Shown in pieces: positions 23,984 through 37,488 of a stretch of 64,000 nt of DNA. The position numbers were made by a program, and so were the translations under genes. Location of the stretch: the NCBI GenBank assembly GCA_965644295.1, contig CBFFRP010000409.1, positions 49,207-113,206 on the forward strand. Reading direction: 5' to 3'. The notes below the pieces were generated by a model. It had not been told where the DNA came from and searched no databases. It saw nothing but the letters and a program-made list of their open reading frames with translations. Positions within the stretch are counted from its first letter, which is position 1; each line of letters starts with the position of its first letter. Source of the stretch: Paraphysomonas bandaiensis. Taxonomy: Eukaryota; Protista; Chrysophyceae.

Positions 23984-26900
23984 TCAGTGCATTCGGACCA
24001 GGTCTTCCACTTTTTGTACAATATCCCCAACAGATAGTTTGCATTCCAAGGGCGCAGAAGTACTAGAGACATTGCTTTTCTCATTTGCCAAAGTGTGATT
24101 CATCTCATCATTCACAAACTTAGTCACTTGCTTCATCGCGGTTTCGTTCAAGTCAAGAAACATTTCAATTAAATCGCCATCAATAGTATTACTTCGACGG
24201 CTTTGTCTGCGCTCGTGAAAAAATTCTCTCCAATCCTTATGAACCAGGTCGCCGACTCCTTTTGCCACATGATTCATTGATTTTTCGAGAGCTGATAAAA
24301 ACCGAAAATCCTCGGATGAAAGACTCAAAACTGTACCAATAACTCCAGACACAGTGCCAAAAAGTACAGAATCGGGTACCACTGACTTCGCAACAGTTCC
24401 ACCATCGCACACACCAATATCTGGTGTAGAACTTGAATCATTTTTGTGATTCAAAAAGCTGCTGCTTAAAGAACCCTGCCTGAAGACATTTATGAAATCC
24501 CCCAGATGAAACCCTGATTGCATATCCAATCTCCCTTTTTCCTCCTCTGTTTTGGCGTCTAAATTTCGCTTTAACACGAAAATATTTCCGTGGTCCTCAG
24601 ACCCGATGCAGTATTCATTGTTGATAATGTCCACTGCCCTCATATAGTTTGAACTGAAATCTCTAGCCACCTCTTCAAGCGTTCCATCGCTGGCCTTGTA
24701 ATGAAGCAAACATACGCTTCTGAGAAGGTCGCCAACAACTATGTAATCGCCCTTGGTTTTCACGTATAGGGCAAGCACATGACCGTGGTGGCCAAACTCA
24801 ACAATTAACTCAGGCACACCGGAACCATCTTCGCCACAGCTCGAATATCGGAACAGCTGTACCTGAGGTAGGGTTCATATTTGCCATGTTCAAGACAAGT
24901 GACCTTACCTTGCTGTCAATTCCAGCAACTAAGCGCCCATTCAATGACGCCAGTGAAAAAGTAGCACCTTTCGTGACCGATTCTGCAGAGAGCGTCACAT
25001 TTCTCTCTGAACTCACTTCAAACACTAAAATGCGGCCGCGGGTAGGCTGCTGCTCTTCCGGAAGTACAAAAGCTGTACCAACGACAACATACTCCCTCGA
25101 TGGAGTTGCATCAGACTGATTAGATTGAGAGTCCGTCAATACACAGCTTAGACACGACATTCCACACTCGCTGGTATCAAGCTCAAAAGTGTACTGAACA
25201 TCCATAGTGCGATCATCCAAAAACAAGATTCGCTCACTTGACTCTTCTCCACGAGGTGTGCTGTCTATTCGAGAGCAGCAGACTGAAACATATAATATTA
25301 GTGAAATTAGGTGTGCAAAAAGTTCATACCGACAAGAGTAGACGTAGATTTGTGGTGACATATTTGACGGGGGGCTTGGCCAAGAGGATAGCTCTGAAAA
25401 TGGATCTTTTGTAATGAATCAATATTACCAATCAGCAACCCAGATTCCGATGACATCGCCAAGCAATTTGGAAAGAGTGGAGAATTAAACGGTGCCATGC
25501 TGGTGATTTCATCATTAATATTCAAGGCTGAGAATAGGAGTTGATCATTATTACTTCGTGAATAAATAACTGTTGGTCTATCACACGATGCGAATACACA
25601 CTGCGCCCCATCATTAGCAAAGCATGAAAATGAAATAGGGTGAGTGCCCAGCGAAATATCGTGGCGGTCAGACAGCACAGGGAGTCCGGAGGAAATGTTC
25701 ATCACGAATGTAATAAGGGTTCCATCACCAAGTCCAACGAGGAGATGCATGACAGTCCTGTCAGGTATCTCAAAGGCGCCCTCATCTTCAGTAAAATTAC
25801 TGAGGGAAGGTGGTGAGAGAGGAGCGAGTGCCACGCCACGTATTTGTGCAGATTCTTTTCCGAGGTGTACACGAGTGACTTCCTCAAGACCCGGAAGTGT
25901 TAAAACACGAACTGAATTATCTGTCCACATGCCGACCACTAGGAGACTACTTTTCCCTTCGGGATGTGATGATGCGACAGACGACTCATGGGTAAGTTCC
26001 GCTGCAGAGGGTAAATCTATGCTGTGCGGCCGGCCGAGCGAAAAGCATGCAGCGTCATGGTCGAGAGAAATTTCACTGGTCATGACAAGAGTTCGAGATG
26101 TCTTGTCGACCTCAAGACACATGATTTTCCCACCCGCTAGTGCTAATGATAACTGGTACATATTCCCAGTCGCAACAATAGCTTTTGAAGACACAACAAA
26201 CTCTTGTAAGAGTTGAAGTGAATCAGAATCCACAAGTCGAACACCCATTGGCGTAACTTGGGCAAACATTTCCCCAGCCATATTTCCACAGTAGAGAGTA
26301 GGACTAGTGCTGCTGAACCCTGCTATATTTGTTTCGCTCATCTCTTCACCATCTATGCTGAGGATGCGTGTTTCCCATGTGTACGACTGCACAAGAAACT
26401 TATCATATCGTAGGCACTGCTCCCTATCTGCTGGTTGAGAAAGCGACCACAGGCCTTTTATTCCAGGCATGTCAATGGAAGCCTACCAAAATATAAAAGT
26501 AAGAATAACAGCATGGCAACGGCATACCTGCTCGTGAATACCAATACCAGTCTTCACAACGCGAAGAGAACCGTCTTTATAGGCACCGGAGCAGGTTACA
26601 ACCTGTCAACAATAATCACGTATTCTAATGTACAGAATTCGCACCTGAGATTGACCCTGTCTCTCACTCTGCATGACACACATATCGAGAATCGGTCCAA
26701 TGTTCGCATAGTTTTCTATCACTTGAACGCAGCTGCCATCTGGCTCCGGATCGGCGACAAGCTTCACCAACTGACTATCTCCAAAGCTGCTACCCACAAA
26801 CACCACCCCATTGTCGAGGTAGCACATACACTCCGGTATAGAAATCTCTCCTAGAGGCTCCACTACAAGAGTTGCCACTAACCCTCCAGAGTCCTTCTGA

Positions 26901-27789
26901 AGAATTAATAAACTCAAATTTCCGAACTGGTCCCCAAGAAGATACCTGGATCCATCATCACCAATTGCACAGTAGGAGGTAATGTGCTTCCGATCCATAC
27001 CCACAGACTGTACATTTCCAGTCCCGTTGAGATAAGTGATCGTACTTTGCCCAACTATTACTACTCCACCCATTGGAGAAGGAACTGGAATAAGAAAGCG
27101 CGCACCAAACTCAACATTATTCTGTTTCCAGGGACCATCATCAAGAGCCCTGTCATGAATATTTACGAAGTAGGTGCTCAAGTGTCTGCAAGCTTTATTG
27201 TCTTCGTAGAGAAGGCATAGTGTGGGTTTTGAGTATCCGCACAAAAATTTTACATCGATGTGTCTTAACTCTTCAATCCGCACATCGAAGGCATCCTTGA
27301 GACCATTTGGTTCGATTGGAAGGACCTGTGAAACGTGAGTAATTTGACGACAATAGATGGGACGCGATCTACCTTCAACGAGCTATCATAAAGAAGCATT
27401 ACAATCATCCTCCTATCAGGATCAATAATTCCTTTCTGGCCATTATCGAGATCTCTTCCAATTCTATTGCTGACATCTCCTTTATCGTGAGTTGAAATCG
27501 TCTTTGACCGGGAGTCATACTTGAGAACGCAAAACCGCTTTCTCTCTGTTAGGACAAATAGAACATCTTGAGTAAAGTTGCCAGGACGATAATATTCAAT
27601 AGCTGTTATTCTCCCATACAATGAAAATTCTGTGACGGGAATCAGTCCGTCCAGTGTGAGAGTATAAACTTCAATGATACTATTTTTTACAATTATTAAG
27701 TTCCTGTCATCCTCACTTGTGAATTGACACACAACTGCATGGCGCACTGCAGTGGCTTTGTGGCTAGAAACAACATAGCTGAACTCCAT
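23984..27789 (-). CDS. DDB1: DNA damage-binding protein 1 (multi-exon)
   Basis: [86 protein letters not shown]. Confidence 0.97.
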
Positions 27790-28124
27790 AGTTCAATTTC
27801 TTATTGTAGATATATTCCGCAAGGCGAATTGTGAAGAGGGGCATATATGAGCTTGTTCAATTCCTCGCATCACTCGCTTGGTTACCACGTTCCATTTCCA
27901 TTGCACGTACAAAAAAAACTGTGGATGGTAAACATGCGGATCTTGTAAACCGCATATTCGCACTAGGAAATTCCTACCTACAATACATACTGCTGTATGT
28001 ACAGCAGTATGCATGTACAAGAAACCGGAAAAAGTTCGATTTCAGTTTCAAAAATATACGATATTGGTATTTCTGGGTGTTTTTTTTCTCTTCTTCTTCT
28101 CATCAAAAAAAAGGAATGAAAAGA

Positions 28125-28238
28125 GGGTGGTTGTGCATATCGATTTCATCGATTTGTTCATCGTTTATTCATCGAAAAATCATCGTTTTTTCAGTGAAAA
28201 GATGAACAAATCGATGAAATCGATATGTACAACCACCC
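28125..28238. mobile_element. mini-MITE / 38-bp near-perfect inverted repeat upstream of DDB1
   Basis: gggtggttgtgcatatcgatttcatcgatttgttcatc / gatgaacaaatcgatgaaatcgatatgtacaaccaccc, one mismatch. Confidence 0.7.
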
Positions 28239-28384
28239 CCAGTATATAAATAGCAGGATTTTAGGAAAAAACAGTCTAATATTAAGGTATGGGTGGGAAG
28301 AAGAGATTCCCAAAATCCTGAAATCAGATAATATTAGACAAAAATATTGCGAGACTCCTCTATAGAAAACAACCATTGAATAAT

Positions 28385-30362
28385 GGCAGGATTTTGGGAA
28401 ATATGTGCTGTCTCGTTGGTTATGTATGGTAGTGGGGTGACTGTATAGTACGTATAGTGGTATGGTATACGCTGCCTCCTGTCATAGAAGAGTGGAATCA
28501 TATCATGATCACTCTAACGGTCCAATTGCTACATATCACTGACAAGAAGACAGAGAACAGCGATCGGAAACGCTCAGGAGGTAGTCTCAAAGCGTCTATG
28601 CACCAAGGCAGAAAGATATTACGGCTGTATGATGAAACTATTCTCTGAATGATGGATACGAGACATACATGAAGATCCACCAGTAGCCTCTTCATTGTAC
28701 CACTCTCATACTGGAGATCTTCCGAATGATACTTTGATTGAAATTTTTGGTCATATGTATTGGTAACGGAGGTGACTACATTCTGGATGAAGAAAATATT
28801 TCTACAACTCAGTAAGCAATATCCGGTAAAATAGAGGCAGTTCATATTGCAGTCCATCGGCAGTTCATATGACGCTTTATGCAATAGTTTAGATGGCAGT
28901 GCACACAACAGTTTGTCGGCATTTCGTATGAGAGTGCATGCAACAGTTCAGATGACAGTGCACCTGTTAATCGTTAATCGGCATTTCGTATGACAGTGCA
29001 TGCAACAATAATTCAGATGACATTTATACCGCGGTTCATATGAAAGTGTATGAAACAGTTTAGATGACAGTGCGTCACGTGTACTGCTTTTTAAAAGACA
29101 ATTAAAAGGTAAAAGTAATGGTATAGTTCGGCAGTTCAAAGTAAATTATTACTATATGGAGGGAAGCATGCATCATACAAAAAACCAAATATATTAACAC
29201 GTAACTAATAACTATATTACACATGGGGTAATAGAGATTTCCCACCACACACAACTAAACACACGAATTACACTTCCACTCCCAGCATATCCGAAGCTTG
29301 TTGCCTAGAAAAAGTCTGGGATGTTTCGTCATCCTACATCAATTACATACCACCCAGTGTCTTCTTGCTGGCAATATATTATACCATATTTATCACATAT
29401 AAATGGTATAGTATGTAATACATAGTGTCATACATTACTATATTATAATACATACATCATGCCACAACTAATACGCACCTCTTTTCGTAGTTCATGGAGC
29501 GGGAAGTCTGTGAGTACTCCCCAGTTGTGAGTCGTGATGATATTATCTGTATCACAGCCTATAAGTTAGTGATGCAAAATACTTACATGCATACATACAT
29601 ATATATTATACATACATTATTTAACTGGTGATATACATTCTATAAGGCTTAACATATAGGACTAATCACACAAAAGAAGCTATATAAGATCATCATACAA
29701 TTCAATGATACATACATTGCATGTCTTCTGTGGATGACTTCAAGTGGGGTGACTTCTTCGATAATTCCTCTCCACAATATATCCACAGCTGAAATATCAT
29801 ACTTGTAATATCTAAATATGACACCCTCAGTCGTATTCATCGTCCTGTACATACAGACTGATGTTAATCCTGTGAGATATTTAATGGAACACATACATAT
29901 ATATACATACATATAGTGCGTACATCCCCTACCCCATATATATATTATACATAGCCATACTGGTAGCTGTAGTGGCTTAAGTTCTGTATTCACCTTATTC
30001 CGCCATCCTATGTGTCGTACCACACACATAAAGAGGGCAATGAGGGCGCTTTTAGCCTTTCTGTGTGTACCTCTCTATAGGTCTTGTATTGTTGTCTCTG
30101 AGATCATAGGGAGGAACAACTCGCCTTGGATATGATCCATACACACAACTCCGTCGAAACACGTCTACGGAAGAGCTGAGATCATTGTTTTACTGATGCT
30201 ATAGACCTTCTATTCATGCGTGTAATCTCATAGTAATGTCATGTATGTATCAAACCATATCAACAGCTAGAATACATACCGCTGTATTATGTAATACACC
30301 CATCATACATTCACTGTATTATGTAATACATATATTGACTATACATTTCCCAAAATCCTGCC
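28385..30362. mobile_element. degenerate segment bounded by an 18-bp perfect inverted repeat (probable DNA transposon relic)
   Basis: ggcaggattttgggaaat (28385-28402) / atttcccaaaatcctgcc (30345-30362); related motifs near 28253 and 28307. Confidence 0.45.
28835..29075. repeat. degenerate minisatellite, about 60-bp unit, about 4 copies
   Basis: Recurrent cggcatttcgtatgacagtgcatgcaacagttcagatgacagtgca. Confidence 0.75.
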
Positions 30363-30547
30363 TTTCTAAAATTTTTCATTCACAGGCTCCCCCCAGCAGG
30401 GGACCTGGAATGACCGCCGTGGATGAGTTGTTCGCAGTTGCAAAGATAAGTGTGGTGCAACAAGATGTATAACTTCTAGATCCACCATATCTACACATAC
30501 CAGCACCGTACTAATATAAGAGGCGAGGCCAAGAATTAATCAGAAGA

Positions 30548-33500
30548 ATGGGTGATTTATTTGGAGCCGCTATAAAGGGCGATCACGGAAAAATAAAAAA
30601 GATATTGGGTACTTATAAATTTCTCGTAAATGATGTGGATGTGGTACGTTCTGATTCCAACAGTTGATTGTTTGTGATATTCTTGTTAGAATGGATGCAC
30701 GGCACTGCTTTACGCCTCGCTGAGGAACTACACGAAATGTATTAATCTCCTGATCGACGCGGGAGCCAATGTTAACGTCACGGACACGGTGTGTTTGCTG
30801 TGACTATTTCATGCTCACACCATGCGTAATGCTATGTACCCATTCATTTATATCCGATAGGTGGGTAATTCGCCACTTATGATTGCCTCCTCCAAGAATC
30901 ACAAGGAAACAATGGAAATTTTGATTGCGGCTAGGGCAGACCTGAATTTAGTGAACAATGTATATTCCAAGGACTGTACAGAAGGCTCGCATTTGACATT
31001 TGTACACACAGACAGGAAAAACGGCACTTATTTATGCTGATGAGTATGGTCACACGAGTGCTGTGAAAATGTTACTGGATGCTGGAGCGGATGTATTCAT
31101 TGTGGAGGAGGTTGTTTGTATCATTGCTCGTTTACCTAGGCTTACCCTGTTTAAAGGATGGTGCAACTCGTTGGATAGAGGCGAGAGGGGAATACTTGAA
31201 GACAGTAGTGGTAAATGAAAGACCTATCCTGTAATTGTTTTACGCATTTTTGATGCAGGCCGAGCGGTATGGAAAGTACAAGGTTTGGAATTTGACGTCT
31301 TAATGCGCTATATGAGTTGTTGATTGGCATGTATGTAGCGCCTTGAAGAGCAGAAAGCCATAGCAGAGGAAGCCAGAAAGAAGGTATGAAATTTTACCTC
31401 TTTGTTTGTAGTGATAGACATACAGTACGCCGATGAACATCCCAGTGTTGTTGATATCTACAGAAATATTCACCAAGTTTGTGCTCTACGCCGATATGAG
31501 GAGCCACTCTATGCCAGCTCGCTTGACCTAATACGTGACGATGCGCTCCGCAGTGTCGTCAAGCAGATTCTGCAAGCATATGCTGACCGAGATATATGGG
31601 AGGATAAAGATACTACCAGCGTATCCCATTTCCGAACGCAGTATGAACACTTACAGGAAAGTATTCGGCAATTTATTCAGTATTCGACTCCAGAAGAGCG
31701 GACCGGTGATGAACTCACACGTCTTACGAGCAATAGAGATGAGGCGAGAAGGAGGCTTGCCGCTGTGTTGCGTCAAAACATCAGTGATGTCAACCAGGCG
31801 GCCGTTACGAAGCGGTACGAGTACCTGAAGAACCTCTCTGAGGCTTTTGACGAGCTGGGCGCGCTACCACGAAACAAGTCGGGGGAAGTTTTATTCCCTT
31901 CCTTGAATACTGTATTTACCAGTCTCGATAACTTCGTTGAAAAGTTAGAAGACTGGATATCTCATTGCATCCAGTCTCCTGTGAGCGATACGAATCATGC
32001 GATAATAAAATTCACTTCTGCGTTGAGGGTATACACCGATCGTATTGTGGCTTGTGCCGAACGAGCTCCAGGTACTGACCCCACTTTTGAGCTTTTGGGT
32101 GATTTATGCCCTATTATGAATACACTATCAAGTGCTCTCAGTCGAGAAAAAGACTTCTGGACTCGAGACCCTATCGTCCTGTTTTCTGACCTAAGACCTG
32201 ATGTCACACACCTCTGTCGCCTGATCCGACACTATGCGACGACGACTATGAGGCGTATCGATATTTGGCGACAGGAGATTCCACAGCTTATGGCGGAATA
32301 TATGTCCATTTATCCATGGTTAGCTTATCCACCTGCTTGCGAAAAGTTTTATGAGTTGCATAAAGAAGCCAAGGCGTCAAAGAAAAATGTCAAACAGTTG
32401 ACACGTGATCTCGAGGATGCCGAGGAGGAAAATGACACAATTTTGGCGAGTGATATTGAAGATAGACTTAATCGCGCTCGAGTAGACATGCAGTATAAGA
32501 AACAGACCCTATCTCATGAACGTGCAAGATTAGCGAGCGTATGTGGTGAACACTTCCCTGAGCTCTCTTCTACCCATCCCGACCTCTTTTTTACATTTTC
32601 GCAAGTACCAGATGTTTCACAAGGACTTTTGGTGTTCGACCGAAACCTCGATGACTACTCCGATCAGGTTATGCTCAGTTGTTGTCAGTCTAATATTGTG
32701 TACAAGGCCTCATTTGCCGGACACTCGGTGGTCCTAAAAAAATACCATTTATCGGACCAGTCCAATTCGCTGCGGGGCTTACAGATGGAGGCACTAATAC
32801 TCTCGAAAATTTCTACAAAAACATATTTTGCGTCAGTAAATTGTACCTTTTCGGACGACAAATCAGCATTTATAGAAATGCCGTATTATGCAAACGGAAA
32901 TTTGGGGATGTTCATGCAGCGTATGGGAAGTAAGTTCAGTTATACATGCCGTTGTACTGTTATGCGTAAAGTGTGTGAGGCCTTAGAGTACCTACACTCT
33001 ATAGACATTGTCCACTGCGGTCTGAAATTAGCTAATATATTAATTGACGACAATGCCTGTCCTCGTATCGCTGACTATGATATCAGTATGACATCGTCAG
33101 AGCGACAAGTAGCCACTACCACTTCCTGGTCCCGTGGCACAATCGAGTTTCTCGCCCCTGAGATCCTTCCACCTATATCTGTTCCGGCAACAGCAGCATC
33201 TGATATGTACTCCTTTGGTGTTTGCCTTCTCAAAGTGATGGAAAAAATGTGCTGTCGAGATGCACAAAATGGGGTACATGTGGTGCCTGTTGTAGATGAT
33301 CTGCCCTTGCAAAATATTCTCGCTCTTCTTTTATCGGCTGAACCCCGAGCCCGTATAAGTGCTGTAGATGCGCTCAAGAGTGAATTCTTCACATCGGTGG
33401 AACTGACAATGGGCGAGCATGAGCTTTTAAAATTTAAGGTATCCAACGATGCGGCATCCGTCGAGAATTCAATGCGGTCGGAATGTTGTCGGTGTGAGCG

Positions 33501-34323
33501 TGTGGTTGATATCTCGGATGGAGTATGTTGTGAGCAGGGGCATTTCGTATGCGATACGTGTTTCGATAAGTATGTATGGTCGGAGTGTATGAAAGATATC
33601 AGTGAAAGGCGATGGATGTATATTTTCGACAAGGAGCGGCAGAGCCACCATTTCATTCGTCGATGTGACAGTGCGGTCATCGAACACTTCCCAACTCTCA
33701 CTGCTGACGACTTCGACTCCAACCCATGGACTGACTATCACCGACATATTGCCCGTTTTGCAGTGAAAGATTTCTTCGAAGACAAGCTCTGTATATTTTG
33801 CCCGTATCAAAGGAAGCAATGTACTTGTGAGCCGTTGGAGGAAGAGATTGTATTCCGTCACATTTCTCCCGCTACACTTGAGGTTTACAAAACCAGCAGA
33901 AATGAACTGATCGAATGGCGACGGAGCCATGAGTTGCTTCTCAAAACACAAGAAGCTAGAGAGCTCATTGCGAATATATCTGACGTTGATCAGCAAGCTG
34001 AAGAAGCTCGGTCATACATAGTTGAGACCATCAACACTCTGAAATGCCCTCGCTGTGAGGCAGAGTTTGATAATTTCGGGTTTTCAGCTGCCCTAGTATG
34101 CGGCCAATGTGGATGCAATTTTTGCTCATACTGTGTACGTGATTGTGGTGACGATTCAGTTTCACATGTTGTACGATGTCCGAACAACGTAATCGGAAGC
34201 CTTAAAGTAACAGAAGGAGAGTTTAAAGCCGAGCAGTTGGCACGTCAAAGTAGAATGACCAAAGAATATGTGAAAACTTTACCCGAAGAAACGTGTGCTC
34301 GGCTAGGATGTGCAGGTAATTGA
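30548..34323 (+). CDS. ankyrin repeat - helical/coiled coil - (pseudo)kinase - RBR-like RING/IBR protein
   Basis: ANK exons GCTALLYAS, GNSPLMIAS, GKTALIYAD; kinase VVLK, HCGLKLANIL, DYD, GTIEFLAPE; Cys/His fingers CCRC...GHFVCDTC and CPRC...CGQCGCNFCSYC; splicing at 31110-31420 uncertain. Confidence 0.8.
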
Positions 34324-34439
34324 GAAGAAAAATGATTGGTAGTTGTGATTACATGAGTATGGCGAATGACAATTAATGATAGTGAGATTGATCATAATTA
34401 ATTTATAAGTAAAGTTTATCAAGCTATCTAGTCGTGAAT

Positions 34440-34652
34440 GTCTGATTTTTAGCAATAGGCGGATAAAAGTCAGAATTATTCAAAACAACTTAACTAACTA
34501 GTTCTTAACTCTGATAGCCTACTATTTTACGCTACGAAAGCGGCTTCTGCATCACCGCAGGCACCAAGGTGTAACCACTTTCGCTCTATCGCTCAAAGCA
34601 AACCCAGTGAGCAAGCAGAATGTTAATATACCTGACATCTGCTGACTTCAGG
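34440..34652 (-). mobile_element. 3' fragment of the ribozyme-headed element family
   Basis: tagcaataggcg...ttttacgctac...gcaccaaggtg...tatacctgacat shared with the 43.8 and 10.2 kb copies. Confidence 0.75.
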
Positions 34653-34695
34653 ATTGTGAGTCTTTCAGAAAGTGTGAGAGTATTAATTTAAGCTT

Positions 34696-35284
34696 TAGTT
34701 AGTGCAATATTGACTTATCCCCATTTTGTCTCAAAAAAAGCTTTTTTTTGACCTGATTTGGGCTCTACAGAACGCTCATATTAGCACCGGGCTAATATAG
34801 ACATTCAACTTCAATAATCGGTTCGAACAGAACATATCGTTTATTGAATACGATATTGACAGTCATTTAAACCGACTTTATCATTACATTACACAATTTA
34901 GGAAGATAATGAATGAACTTTCAGCCGCAGATATCCAAACACTCCAAGAAATATTTGGCTCGTCGTCTGATGAAGAAGACCACGATGACGTCAATGCAAG
35001 GGATCTCACTTCTAACTCAGGACTTCGCAGAAATACGTCCAGCGTTTTGATGGAGAGTTCAAATTCCAAAGCCGATGCTGAAGGTGATTTGGAGCAGTGG
35101 CACTCATTCCTTTCAGGGTTTGGGTCACGGCGAGCCTATCAAGACTGCATCGACAAGTTCTTTTCTTGGCGTGCCTCATACGATACAGTGAACACATCAC
35201 TTCACATGTCCCTTTTGAAGTATTTTGACTTTCAGAGAGAACAACTGAATAATGATAACCAACGTATGTATGCACCTTTTAAAA
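34696..35284 (+). mobile_element. Crypton-like 5' fragment (recombinase N-terminus, ORF from 34909)
   Basis: Starts TAGTTA (inverse of the TAACTA 3' end at 23304); RAYQDCIDKFFSW...LLKYF...YAP resembles a YR core-binding domain; truncated by gag-like DNA. Confidence 0.65.
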
Positions 35285-37161
35285 CCTCCTCCTCTTGGAA
35301 TACTAGGATGTCATTAATTGCCTTGGCCACCACTCCTAACTTTAGAGATTCTATGCGCACCGGGCAACGCTTCTCTTCCCTTATGGTCTTAAATGCTTGA
35401 ATCAGCTTCAATTGCTGATTGTAAAACGTTTCAAAAGTAGCTGAGTTTACATGTTTCCATTCCATAATTCTGATGTGCTTCAAAGCATCTCTGAGCTCGT
35501 TATAAAAACCCACACAATTGAACACTCGCGTTTCTCTCGCAACGATTCTCAATAAGTCTGATAAGTCCATTGCAGCCAAATCCGAATAAGCAATGCTGTA
35601 AACATTTCGCAGATGATCCTTAACACTCCTAGACAGGACTTTCTGTACACGGACTACAGTTTCCTCCTCCTCTTGGAATACTAGGATGTCATTAATTGCC
35701 TTGGCCACCACTCCTAACTTTAGAGATTCTATGCGCACCGGGCAACGCTTCTCTTCCCTCGTGATGGTAACCGTTCTGGAATTTGCTACCTCCGCGCTCT
35801 TCTTTAAATCTCTGAAAAGTTTTCCTGGCTTCTTGCCCTTGAATATTTGTTCCGCGGCCAGATTTTTAGGTACTGTTGCATTCTCTGCATTGGATTCTGA
35901 CTTACAATCTTCCTCGTCCTCCTTCTGCATTGGATTGGGTCGAAAGTTGGCTAGGTCACCCATTGTGGAATATCTGGGCTTCCTTTTCTCCGGCTTAGAA
36001 GACTGCTTGTGCTTTGTGCTTGTTGACGCATCAGGGCTACTAGAATGTTGTGATTGGACTTGGTCGGTGTCTTCCAATCCATGCACCTTCTCCTCCAGAC
36101 TCTGCATCCTATCATTCAAAGTAGAGACTGCTGAGACAACGTCTGTGAAAGTGGTCGACATTGTCCTGAGCGTGTCTAAAATCTCCTGATTGGAGCTTGC
36201 ACCCGCCATGGCTTCGCTCTTTCCTGCGGCCGCGCTTGGAGCTCTTGGGTTAGTTTTTCAGTTTTCTCTTCCTGAGGAACGTCAGACTTCTTGGGCGAGG
36301 TCTTTTTCCCTTGCTTTCCACGCTTACCCTCAGTAGGTGTATGCATGATAAAATGGTAGTTGGGTTTGTGCCTTTTATTGGTCCTTTTGCAGGGCTTTCA
36401 GCAACCACCTGTGCACTTGTAGCTCGAATTCTAGTAGCTGGCGGACTTGCCAACTATACTGGATATTCTCACTCCAAAAGCACACCACTGAGTACAACAA
36501 ATGCTTGAGAAGCAGTTATGTTGTTCACAGCTTGTCACTGCACAGAACACCACTGTAAAACAATAGCAACGACTTTGCTGCAGTTGATTTACGGGGTTCA
36601 GGCAGCTAGGCTACGTTGCGTACTATGTCCTAACAGAGACTTTTAATTGGCTTTGCCCTATTGTCAGGCAACGAATATGAGGAGACGGAAAAGTCTAGCT
36701 CAGTATTCTATGTGAAAACTCAAACAATATAATTCAATTACAGGGGTGTAGTATGAGTGCAAAAGACAATATAAAATGCTTGTCTATTGACTACAGTAAC
36801 ACAATAACAACTGCAAAATATTTTGCACGAGCAATTAAGTAATTAATTACTATGACGCAGCCTCGTTTGACAACTCAACTGTCACCTCACAGTTTGGTTT
36901 GATAACCAAGAATATGGCTCGTGATAACGCTAACTACTATCACTGTATAGGAATCAAGAAAATGAGACCAAAGAAGTGATATTATTACAGGTAAATTGTG
37001 ACCACACGTGGCATTTCCTATGCCCTATCTACGTGGCTATAGTACCAGAACTGCATGCATTGCCCATTCAGGACCCTGTGATATTAGTTTAGGACCCTAT
37101 ATCAAGAACATTATATCATCAGGACCCTATACCATGTCTAGGATGCATATTCTATGTTATA
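35285..37161 (-). mobile_element. Gypsy-like LTR (about 36851-37161), leader and truncated gag-like ORF (from 36209)
   Basis: Protein homologous to 38432-39180 (KKPGKLFRDLKK, REE..C.VRI..LKL..VA, FQEEE, DHLR); upstream DNA also homologous; no pol present, so the class is inferred. Confidence 0.55.
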
Positions 37162-37488
37162 CTCATTAAGATGGGGTAACGAGCTATGATGTACCTACAC
37201 ACGGAATCAACGTTCAGGTGTGATGTCCACTTTATCTGCCGATGATGATGTACACTATGATCTGCTGATGGTGACTTCACGCAATGTGAAACCTGCCACA
37301 AATTTATAATAAAGTTATGTGGGTCAGTATTCCAGTGTAGCAGTTGCAGTGTATACTTCCATAGGAATACGTACTGGCATTACCCATACTACCCTATAGG
37401 GGGGCAAGTACATATCACATCAAGGGAGAATGGATATTATATACTCGAGGTGCACGAGTGTTCATACCAGGCCCAGTGGGGAATCAAT

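Noticed and set aside
28670-28725. RSPV*EWY as the start of a hAT BED finger
   Set aside because: Contains a stop and the Cys/His ligands were not recovered
28835-29075. Spaced repeats as a CRISPR-like array
   Set aside because: Units are degenerate and nearly contiguous, with no constant unique spacers and no cas genes; it is a minisatellite
34909-35400. 163-aa ORF as a real fusion protein
   Set aside because: Its C-terminus is antisense gag filler; it is a junction read-through
36536-36560. ...ttaca-gtggtgttc as LTR end plus PBS
   Set aside because: Homology with the paralog places the LTR end at 36851, so this appears to be leader sequence
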